Source: a virus (lineage: Duplodnaviria > Caudoviricetes). Taken from it: a stretch of 26,639 nucleotides of DNA. Of this stretch, positions 1-5,877 are shown piece by piece. The number at the start of each line of letters is the position of its first letter. The stretch's first letter is position 1. A program made the position numbers and the translations under genes. The stretch lies in IMG/VR virus record IMGVR_UViG_3300008266_000398, positions 1 through 26,639 of that record. The stretch is one strand, 5' to 3'. Under the pieces are notes generated by a model that did not search any database, had not been told where the DNA came from, and was given only the letters and a program-made list of their open reading frames with translations.

Positions 1-1016
1 ATGCCGTCATCGACCCACGACTCTGAGTCCTCAGCGCTCTGGGCGCGGCGGGACTTGCGGTAGGTGATCAGCGGAAGCCGGTCGCTACGCGGCGGACCAC
101 CGCCCGCTCCCCCCGCCTTCACGGGTCCACGCTCTACGTCTTCGATGTAGTAGGTGTCGTCGCCGGTCCGCTTGATGACCTCGGCGTTCTTGCCGGTGCG
201 GATAACGTCGCCATCGATCCCCGGCCACACTAGGTTCTGATGCTCATCGCCCGCCGGCCCGCCGGAACCCTTGGCCCACTTGCGCGTGATGGCCGGGACG
301 ATGTGTCCGCCGCCGACGCACTGATCGTCAAGGCGCGTCACGTTGCGTCCTGTGAGGGCTCCGACGACTCGCCCGCCACCGCCCTCAGCGTCTCGTCCAG
401 CTGCGGCGGCAGAGAGCGGCCACGCCGGGTCGCTCGTCGAAGAATCCCCGCCGCTGCCTTCTGCGACAGCGAGTACTTCTCCGATGCGTTCGGCTCGAGG
501 ATCTCCGTCAGCGATGGCGCACACGAACACGCGTCGCCTTCGCTGTGGCACCCCGAAGTGCTGCGCGTCAAGAGTTCGCCACGACGCCAGATACCTGCGT
601 TCGGCCAGCGAGTCGAGGACGACCCCGAAGTCTGCGCCTTTAGGGCTTCCAGAGCTGTAGAGCCCTTCGACGTTCTCAATGAGGATGGCTCGGGGACGAA
701 GAGCGTCAACGATTCGCATGAACTCGAAGAAGAGTCCGCTGCGCTCGCCTGCGAGCCCGGCTCGCTTGCCGGCGACACTGAGGTCCTGGCAGGGGAAGCC
801 TCCGCAGAGGAGGTCGACGTAGCCCGCGTCGGCGTCGACGAGCTTGACGTCTTCGTAGACAGGGACGCCGGGGAACCGTGCCTCAAGGACTGCTCGGCAG
901 TAGGGATCGATCTCAGCGAAGAACTTGTGCTGGAACCCGGCCCACTCGAGCCCGATGTCCATGCCACCGACGCCTGAGAAAAGAGATCCGGCTGTGAGGG
1001 GTGGGGAGGCATTCAC
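1..1016 (-). CDS. DNA (cytosine-5)-methyltransferase, main (alpha) frame; 3' end runs off the window
   Basis: Not in the ORF track; translated by hand from GTG at 1016 (GTGA overlap with the upstream stop). It has motif I LFSGVGG, motif IV CGGFPCQDLS, motif VI IENVEGL and motif VIII QRRRRVF, then KWAKGSGGPAGDEHQNLV and YRKSRRAQSAEDSESWVDDG. No stop codon down to base 1. Confidence 0.93.
   Translation of the reverse strand, partial: MNASPPLTAGSLFSGVGGMDIGLEWAGFQHKFFAEIDPYCRAVLEARFPGVPVYEDVKLVDADAGYVDLLCGGFPCQDLSVAGKRAGLAGERSGLFFEFMRIVDALRPRAILIENVEGLYSSGSPKGADFGVVLDSLAERRYLASWRTLDAQHFGVPQRRRRVFVCAIADGDPRAERIGEVLAVAEGSGGDSSTSDPAWPLSAAAAGRDAEGGGGRVVGALTGRNVTRLDDQCVGGGHIVPAITRKWAKGSGGPAGDEHQNLVWPGIDGDVIRTGKNAEVIKRTGDDTYYIEDVERGPVKAGGAGGGPPRSDRLPLITYRKSRRAQSAEDSESWVDDG
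338..1012 (-). CDS. Alternative-frame ORF nested in the methyltransferase; putative beta polypeptide of a two-subunit (M.EcoHK31I-type) C5-MTase
   Basis: 224-aa ORF with ATG directly after the upstream TGA. The N-terminus is Ser-rich, but the C-terminus RWPNAGIWRRGELLT...SLTEILE...KYSLSQKAAAGILRRATRRGRSLP is protein-like and resembles, from recall, beta polypeptides of split MTases. Confidence 0.7.
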   Translation of the reverse strand: MPPHPSQPDLFSQASVAWTSGSSGPGSSTSSSLRSIPTAEQSLRHGSPASLSTKTSSSSTPTRATSTSSAEASPARTSVSPASEPGSQASAADSSSSSCESLTLFVPEPSSLRTSKGSTALEALKAQTSGSSSTRWPNAGIWRRGELLTRSTSGCHSEGDACSCAPSLTEILEPNASEKYSLSQKAAAGILRRATRRGRSLPPQLDETLRAVAGESSEPSQDAT

Positions 1017-1630
1017 CAGCACCTCCATGCGGACCACGCAGTGATCCCGTACTTCTCCATCAGCCTCTGGCCGACAAGAACCTGGGTCTGCCAGTTCCAC
1101 TGCCCGGCGTCATACCCGTAGGGGTGGCTGGTGGAGGCGTGGCTGCGGTCGTACATGCCAAGGCCGCCCTGATACCGCCAGCCGCTCGGGGTGTTCCAAC
1201 GCACGCCGCCGTAGCCCGAGCCGTGGCCCGCCTCGCAGCGGCCGAGGTTCACCCAGCGTGAGATCGCTACGTCACGGCGAGTGAGGTCCGTCGTGGTGAC
1301 GGGGTACGCGGGCCAGCGGACGGCGTCACGCTTGGCCTGCTTGACGCAGGCGCGCTTCTCCTGTGCCTGATGCTTTGCACATGTAGTTGCGTAAGCCTTA
1401 GACCATGAACCTGCCACGCCGATCTGCGAACCGATTCCGAACATGAGGCCCGCCGCAGAGAGGAACACGAAGGGACCACGACGGATGACGGAATGGCCGG
1501 ATCGCCCCGTGCGACGGGAGGATCGGGTACCGTTGGGAACAGGGCGACGCTGCCCAGAAACAGATTCCCAAGCTGACGGTCGCCGGTTCGAGTCCGGTCG
1601 CCCGCTTTTCTTGAATCGCCTGCTAAACAA
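1013..1630 (-). CDS. Resuscitation-promoting factor (Rpf)-like transglycosylase with signal/anchor segment
   Basis: The C-terminus WVNLGRCEAG...W...YQGGLGM...QTQVLVGQRLMEKYGITAWSAWRC follows the Rpf pattern WxxLAxCESG..W..YxGGLQF..QIxVA..G..AW.C, including the catalytic Glu. A hydrophobic stretch FVFLSAAGLMFGIG is followed by an AYA site. The TTG start at 1630 has AGGAGG (1643-1638) 7 nt upstream; an alternative ATG lies at 1444. Confidence 0.8.
   Translation of the reverse strand: MFSRRFKKSGRPDSNRRPSAWESVSGQRRPVPNGTRSSRRTGRSGHSVIRRGPFVFLSAAGLMFGIGSQIGVAGSWSKAYATTCAKHQAQEKRACVKQAKRDAVRWPAYPVTTTDLTRRDVAISRWVNLGRCEAGHGSGYGGVRWNTPSGWRYQGGLGMYDRSHASTSHPYGYDAGQWNWQTQVLVGQRLMEKYGITAWSAWRCW
1398..1444. 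repeat. Left copy of an imperfect ~47-bp direct repeat flanking the attP core (candidate integrase arm-type sites)
   Basis: TTAGACCATGAACCTG-N11-TGCGAAC-CGATTCCGAACAT; partner copy at 1646-1691. Confidence 0.7.
1565..1606 (+). other. attP: attP core: 3' half of tRNA-Gly(CCC)
   Basis: Anticodon loop TTCCCAA, stem GCTGA, variable loop CGGTC, T-arm GCCGG-TTCGAGT-CCGGT, acceptor strand CGCCCGC and discriminator T are all present. There is no D-arm or proper 5' half. It lies about 115 bp upstream of a tyrosine integrase. Confidence 0.88.
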
Positions 1631-1645
1631 GGATTTCCCTCCTAG

Positions 1646-1691
1646 TTAGACCATCAACCTGATTTCCCCAGTTGCGAACGGATCCGTACAT
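1646..1691. repeat. Right copy of the imperfect direct repeat flanking the attP core
   Basis: TTAGACCATCAACCTG-N11-TGCGAAC-GGATCCGTACAT; the first 16 bp are 15/16 identical to 1398-1413. Confidence 0.7.
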
Positions 1692-1721
1692 CCTTCTGTT
1701 CCTTGGGGTACCTTCCTGCTC

Positions 1722-2741
1722 ATGTCGATACATCGCCGTGAGGGGAAGGGCGGGACAAGCTTCGAGGTTCGCTGGCGCGAGGGCACCAGGAACCGGTCGC
1801 GAACATTCCGTTCGGAAGACGAAGCCAAGGCCCATGAGGGCGAGATGCTCCGTCGCCGGCGGCTCGGGGCATTCGCTCCGACCGAGCCGTCGGACATGCC
1901 GCTGCATGACTGGCTGATCCAGTGGGTCCGCACCAGCGGCGTGGCGTGGGCCAAGACCACGCGCACCAGCCGGGCGTCCCTCATGGACAAGTGGATAGAT
2001 CCCTACATCGGGCACGTTCCCTTGCGCGAGCTGGGTCGGGCCCGGGTCAGGGAGTGGCGCGCGGAGATCGTGCGTGACGGCTCGCCGCCGGTCAACACCA
2101 ACAACGCCACGCGGGTCCTGTCCGCCGCGCTCGGAGTTGCCGAGTCCGACGGGCTCATCCCCGGGAACCCGGTCAGGCTGCTCGGCAAGGTGCCCGAGCC
2201 CCCGACCGACCGACGCGCATGGGACCGGAAGACCGTCGCCAAGATCATCGCGGCCATGCCGACCGACCGTGACCGCCTCATCGTGGCCGTCATGGCCTAC
2301 GCCGGTCTGCGCCCCGCCGAGGTGGTGGCCCTTGAATGGCGTGACATCGGTGAGTCGGTACGCGTCTGGCGCTCCGTGCAGTACGGGGCTCAGAAACTGG
2401 CGAAGGGCGTCCACCAGCGGGCGATCCCAACCGACCCGCTGCTCAAGAAGGCCATCGCCAAGTATGGACCCGAGGGCCGAAACCAGTACGACCTGGTCGC
2501 GCCGCCGCTCAGGGGCAAGTACCTCAACTGGCAGATGTGGACGCGCAAGGTCTGGTCCCCGGCCCGCACCACGCTCGGCCTCACGGGCGTGCCCTACGAC
2601 CTCAGGCACACGGCGGCCAGCCAATGGATCGCGGACGGGCACGACCTCATGACCGTCGCGTCGTGGCTCGGGCACTCGCCCAAGGTGACTCTTGATCACT
2701 ACGCGCATCTGTTTACGGAAGCTCGGCTGCGATCCGCGTGA
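1722..2741 (+). CDS. int: Tyrosine integrase
   Basis: Catalytic motifs AGLRPAEV, YDLRHTAAS, LGHS and TLDHYAH are present. The N-terminus resembles an arm-binding domain (FEVRWREG...SRTFRSEDEA). Adjacent to the attP core. Confidence 0.96.
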   Translation: MSIHRREGKGGTSFEVRWREGTRNRSRTFRSEDEAKAHEGEMLRRRRLGAFAPTEPSDMPLHDWLIQWVRTSGVAWAKTTRTSRASLMDKWIDPYIGHVPLRELGRARVREWRAEIVRDGSPPVNTNNATRVLSAALGVAESDGLIPGNPVRLLGKVPEPPTDRRAWDRKTVAKIIAAMPTDRDRLIVAVMAYAGLRPAEVVALEWRDIGESVRVWRSVQYGAQKLAKGVHQRAIPTDPLLKKAIAKYGPEGRNQYDLVAPPLRGKYLNWQMWTRKVWSPARTTLGLTGVPYDLRHTAASQWIADGHDLMTVASWLGHSPKVTLDHYAHLFTEARLRSA

Positions 2742-2940
2742 ACGTGCCAGTCGGCTCGCGCTTCGCGGCGGCCTTCCTCGGGGCTTGGTAGCCCGGCTCG
2801 AGGTCGGACAGGCGGATGCGCCACTGCCGGCCGACGCGCACGGCAGGAACCTCGCCGTTTCGGATCAGTCGCCCGAGCGTCTTTGGGTGGACGCCAACAA
2901 CCTCGGCTGCCTCGCCCACCGAAACCATCTTCTCCACCAC
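2713..2940 (-). CDS. xis: Excisionase-like MerR/HTH_17 DNA-binding protein
   Basis: SVGEAAEVVGVHPKTLGRLIRNGEVPAVRVGRQWRI is the typical Xis HTH pattern. The start is probably GTG 2940 or 2937 after GAGGAG. It overlaps the int 3' end convergently by 29 bp. Confidence 0.85.
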   Translation of the reverse strand: MVEKMVSVGEAAEVVGVHPKTLGRLIRNGEVPAVRVGRQWRIRLSDLEPGYQAPRKAAAKREPTGTFTRIAAELP

Positions 2941-2941
2941 T

Positions 2942-3145
2942 TCACTCCTCGTCGCACCATCGACACACGACCCAGACATACGGGCCGTACCGGTCCTCCA
3001 GCACCCACCGCTCAAGGATCCGTCTGCGGTCCTGGCAGCAGGCGCACCCACCGCCGGGGACCGGGCGTCCGCGGCTACGGCGACGGCGCTTGCGCGCTCC
3101 CGTGGCCGTCCGCTCCTCGGACCACCCGATCCCGGCGACAGGCAT
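2942..3145 (-). CDS. Small basic Cys-rich protein, possible Zn-binding
   Basis: 67 aa with CACC...CRWC; fills the gap between the SSB-like gene and xis. Confidence 0.6.
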   Translation of the reverse strand: MPVAGIGWSEERTATGARKRRRRSRGRPVPGGGCACCQDRRRILERWVLEDRYGPYVWVVCRWCDEE

Positions 3146-3149
3146 TCCT

Positions 3150-3647
3150 CTAGAAGGGCGCCTCTTCGCCGCCGAAGTCCTCCTTGAGGACGTCCTCCGG
3201 CTTGCGCTTCGGCTTGGGCGCGGCCTTCGCCGCCTCCTTGCCCGCCTTGTCAGCGGACTTCGGGTCCATCTTCACGCACTTGAACCCGAGGTAGGCGCGG
3301 CCGGCCTTGGACATCCGCTCGCCCGTGCATTCCACGAAGATCAGGAGCCCCGGCTTCGCGCCGCCGTCCTCAGCCTGCTCGCCCATCTCGCGCTGGAGAA
3401 CGGTCGACGCCAGGCGGAACTCGATCTCGCGGTCGGCGTCGTAGTCCTCGTCGTGGGTGCGGACGCCCTTGAGGATCAGTGTCTCCACCTCACCGAAGGG
3501 GGCCTCCTCCATGCCGCGGTCCACGACCACGCCGGATACCCACTCGCCCTTGGCCTGGAGGCGGACCCAGTCTCCTCCGCCACCCTTGCTGCTCGCCTCG
3601 GCGCGAAGGCCGGCGAGAACGTCGTCGCTGATGATCACATCACTCAT
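3150..3647 (-). CDS. Putative single-stranded DNA-binding protein
   Basis: 165 aa with a beta-rich core, Lys/Ala linker and acidic tail ending EDFGGEEAPF; directly downstream of the nuclease gene. Confidence 0.65.
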   Translation of the reverse strand: MSDVIISDDVLAGLRAEASSKGGGGDWVRLQAKGEWVSGVVVDRGMEEAPFGEVETLILKGVRTHDEDYDADREIEFRLASTVLQREMGEQAEDGGAKPGLLIFVECTGERMSKAGRAYLGFKCVKMDPKSADKAGKEAAKAAPKPKRKPEDVLKEDFGGEEAPF

Positions 3648-4494
3648 TGCTACTTACCTCCCGCTCCGTGAGGAGCTTGGTGTCGTCAGTGGGGTCGCCA
3701 AGCGGGGGCAGGAACAGCACCCGGTCGTCGGCAACCTTCTCCGCGTAGGCCATCGCCACGCAGAACTTGAAGTGCTGGAACGTCGTGTCGTCCAGCACGG
3801 CGGGGAGAATCTGCGGATCCTGCTCAGGGCGAACCCAGAGGATCACGCCGATCTCATCCGTCTCGGGCATGGGCTCCTCGGAGCCGTCGTCATGCACGAT
3901 GGTCGCGCCGTACTTCAGCGCCGCAAGCTGGAGTGCGTACTCAGCCTTGTTGGCGCTCCGGCTGGTCTTGATGTCCGCCACACAGCGGCGGCGCTCCGTC
4001 TCGCCGGGGAACTGGATCGTGATGATCCCGTCCATGGTCCCGGCGTAGCCGACCTCGGAGTTGAAGACGGTCTGCTCAGACCGCTCCCACTCGATGCCGT
4101 AGACGCCGCACATGTCGACCAGGTCATCGACCATCTTCGCGACGTCGAGGTCGTCGATCTCCGGCACGGTGCCCGCCTTGAGGTACTCCTCAAACGCCTG
4201 ATGCACCTTCGTGCCCTTGGCGCCGGCGGCGTCACGGTCTTCATACGGGGCCTTCTTGAGCCACTGCACGGCCGACTCAGGGTCGGCGTCATACAGCGCG
4301 TCAAGGATCCCGCTCTCCTTGCCAGCGCGGAACTTCTCGCTGACGGTCTTCGCGCCGTAGGGGATGGCCCAACTCATCTGGCCCCAGTAGCGGGTGCAAC
4401 CGGTCACGTTGATGTGTTCGGTCGGGACCCCGTCCACGACGCGGACGTAGCGGCGCTTGCCGCCCTTCTTCTGGACTGCGGTACGCGGCGGCAT
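3640..4494 (-). CDS. PD-(D/E)XK (RecB/Cas4-like) exonuclease
   Basis: Motifs GTKVHQAFE, YAGTMDG, ADIKTS and YALQLAA. Confidence 0.88.
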   Translation of the reverse strand: MPPRTAVQKKGGKRRYVRVVDGVPTEHINVTGCTRYWGQMSWAIPYGAKTVSEKFRAGKESGILDALYDADPESAVQWLKKAPYEDRDAAGAKGTKVHQAFEEYLKAGTVPEIDDLDVAKMVDDLVDMCGVYGIEWERSEQTVFNSEVGYAGTMDGIITIQFPGETERRRCVADIKTSRSANKAEYALQLAALKYGATIVHDDGSEEPMPETDEIGVILWVRPEQDPQILPAVLDDTTFQHFKFCVAMAYAEKVADDRVLFLPPLGDPTDDTKLLTEREVSSNE

Positions 4495-4607
4495 CAGAGG
4501 CCACCAAACGCGGAGTCGACCGCGTAGTACAGGGCGACGGTGATCACGGCGAGGAATGCCCCGACGAAGAACACCGTCGCTGCGGCGTCGACGCGATTAC
4601 GACTCAT
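4494..4607 (-). CDS. Small single-pass membrane protein (37 aa), not in ORF track
   Basis: MSRNRVDAAATVFFVGAFLAVITVALYYAVDSAFGGL. It has a TGATG overlap with the nuclease start and overlaps the end of the upstream gene. Confidence 0.7.
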   Translation of the reverse strand: MSRNRVDAAATVFFVGAFLAVITVALYYAVDSAFGGL

Positions 4608-4833
4608 CGTCGGACCCCTCTTCCATCGCAGCCGCGATGAGATCCTCGATTGGGTAGAACTCACCGACCTTCGCCGTGAAGTTCTTGACGTTGCTGTCGA
4701 AGGCCCCGCGAGCCTCCGAACTCATCTCGTCCCGATACCGGAACGCGGTCTTGAGCATGTCCAGGCCGAAGTCGCTGACCCACTCCACTAGCTGCGGCAT
4801 CTGCTCAGGTGTCACAACCACCGGCTGTCTCAT
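4597..4833 (-). CDS. Hypothetical acidic protein (78 aa), first gene of the leftward early operon
   Basis: ATG at 4833 preceded by AAGGAAGG; overlaps the next gene. Confidence 0.7.
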   Translation of the reverse strand: MRQPVVVTPEQMPQLVEWVSDFGLDMLKTAFRYRDEMSSEARGAFDSNVKNFTAKVGEFYPIEDLIAAAMEEGSDDES

Positions 4834-5061
4834 AGTGCCTTCCTTGTTCCCATGTGTCTGCGTATGCGTTTGCGTAAACCTAACCACGGGGTCGGACGGC
4901 ACCTATACGGACGGGGGGCGCGCAAGAAAGATTTCCTCGCTACGAGCGACAACCTATACTTATGGCTAGTAAGGGGACAGGTTGTCTCAGATTCTCGTCA
5001 TCGGGTCACTTGTCGCATTGCGCTTGCCGTTGCGCGTGCGTATGGTCGCACCACACCACCA
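4834..5061. promoter_or_regulatory. Divergent immunity/control region
   Basis: Lower-GC intergenic region. A rightward promoter candidate TTGCGC(5018-5023)-N17-TATGGT(5041-5046) precedes the repressor. It also contains an inverted repeat GACAACCT(4948-4955)/AGGTTGTC(4979-4986), ACCTATAC at 4901 and 4952, and TGCGTW x3 at 4859-4876. Confidence 0.65.
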
Positions 5062-5418
5062 ATGACACGGAGCAGCGTGACGACCATGAGCGACGAATCG
5101 CTGATCGACCGGACCAAGTTCTTAGAGAGGCTCTACGGCCTCAGTGGCACGACGCAGCAGAAGGCGCTGGCGCAGATCGCCAACGTGACATCAGCGTCCA
5201 TGTGCCGGATCCAGCAGGGCCAGTCCTTCCCATCGGTAGAGACGCTGTCGCGCCTTGCGATGGTGCTGGACGTCTCCATCGACTACCTGGTGGGGATCAC
5301 CGATGACCCCGCGCCGGCAACTAGGTCGGCGGCGGCGATGAAGTCAGCTCTTGAGACTCCCATCGGCAAAGCTCCCGGGCGGCAGACTCCGCCGCCGCGG
5401 TCAGCCAAGAAGAAGTAG
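5062..5418 (+). CDS. XRE-family HTH regulator, probable immunity repressor
   Basis: QKALAQIANVTSASMCRIQQGQSFPSVETLSRLAMVLDVSIDYLVG matches the HTH_3 pattern, and the gene is divergent from the early operon. The start is uncertain (5062, 5077 or 5086). Confidence 0.88.
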   Translation: MTRSSVTTMSDESLIDRTKFLERLYGLSGTTQQKALAQIANVTSASMCRIQQGQSFPSVETLSRLAMVLDVSIDYLVGITDDPAPATRSAAAMKSALETPIGKAPGRQTPPPRSAKKK

Positions 5419-5536
5419 CGCACGGTCCGAGCCTGCGGGCGGACCGTCGCATCTCGCGGATCACCCGACGAACTTCAGCCGCCTGTAAATCGAGGGGGGG
5501 GGGCGTCGAAGGTTGGTTCAGTTCGGGCCATGACAT
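5321..5536 (-). CDS. Hypothetical protein (71 aa) convergently overlapping the repressor; contains a C10 tract
   Basis: ATG at 5536 with GGAGG 5 nt upstream; a TTGCGT-N17-TATGAC promoter-like element lies upstream (about 5599-5571). Confidence 0.55.
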   Translation of the reverse strand: MSWPELNQPSTPPPLDLQAAEVRRVIREMRRSARRLGPCATSSWLTAAAESAARELCRWESQELTSSPPPT

Positions 5537-5607
5537 GTGTCCCTCCAGTTGCAGTATGAAAGGACAGGTAGTCATACGCCTCGCGATGCGAGTACGCAAG
5601 CCTTAAA

Positions 5608-5877
5608 TCAGAAACCTGTGTCGGGGTGCAGCACCCGACGCATGGCCGTGTACAGCACCAAATCGCAGAGTTCCTGGTACCGCTCGTTGTCGAACCAGTC
5701 GGGCGGCTTTCTGAGCCACTCGCCTGAGGTGCCCTTGTATTCCTTCTCTCCTGCGCGGAAGCGCGCCTCGGCCAACTCCATGAAGCCCGGCTGGGGCTCC
5801 ATGAAGATCGCCTTTACCTCGACCCACGCCCGGGGAATCTCCTCACGGATGAAGGGCCACGGGTCGGCCCCGCTCAC
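5608..5877 (-). CDS. Small all-alpha protein, possibly MazG-like nucleotide pyrophosphohydrolase
   Basis: Likely GTG start at 5877 (TAGTG overlap). The pattern RFRAGEKEY...QELCDLVLY recalls ExxD-containing helical NTP-PPase-like phage proteins, and it neighbours a phosphoesterase. Confidence 0.5.
   Translation of the reverse strand: MSGADPWPFIREEIPRAWVEVKAIFMEPQPGFMELAEARFRAGEKEYKGTSGEWLRKPPDWFDNERYQELCDLVLYTAMRRVLHPDTGF

Noticed and set aside
240-977. 245-aa plus-strand ORF opposite the methyltransferase
   Set aside because: Antisense shadow of a doubly coding GC-rich region; no recognisable motif or RBS.
1535-1610. Intact tRNA-Gly gene
   Set aside because: Only the anticodon loop to discriminator is tRNA-like. 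The 5' anticodon stem is mismatched (ACAGA versus expected TCAGC), and there is too little room for a D-arm after the GGGCG at 1542-1546. Treated as an attP core.
1623-2708. 361-aa minus-strand ORF
   Set aside because: Antisense shadow of the integrase gene.
3640-4494. Cas4/CRISPR-associated system
   Set aside because: The nuclease lacks the four-Cys Fe-S cluster pattern and sits beside an SSB-like gene. No repeat-spacer array or other cas genes were seen in the window.
3457-4527. 356-aa plus-strand ORF (and 2883-3671)
   Set aside because: Antisense to the nuclease and SSB-like genes, with the composition typical of high-GC shadow frames.
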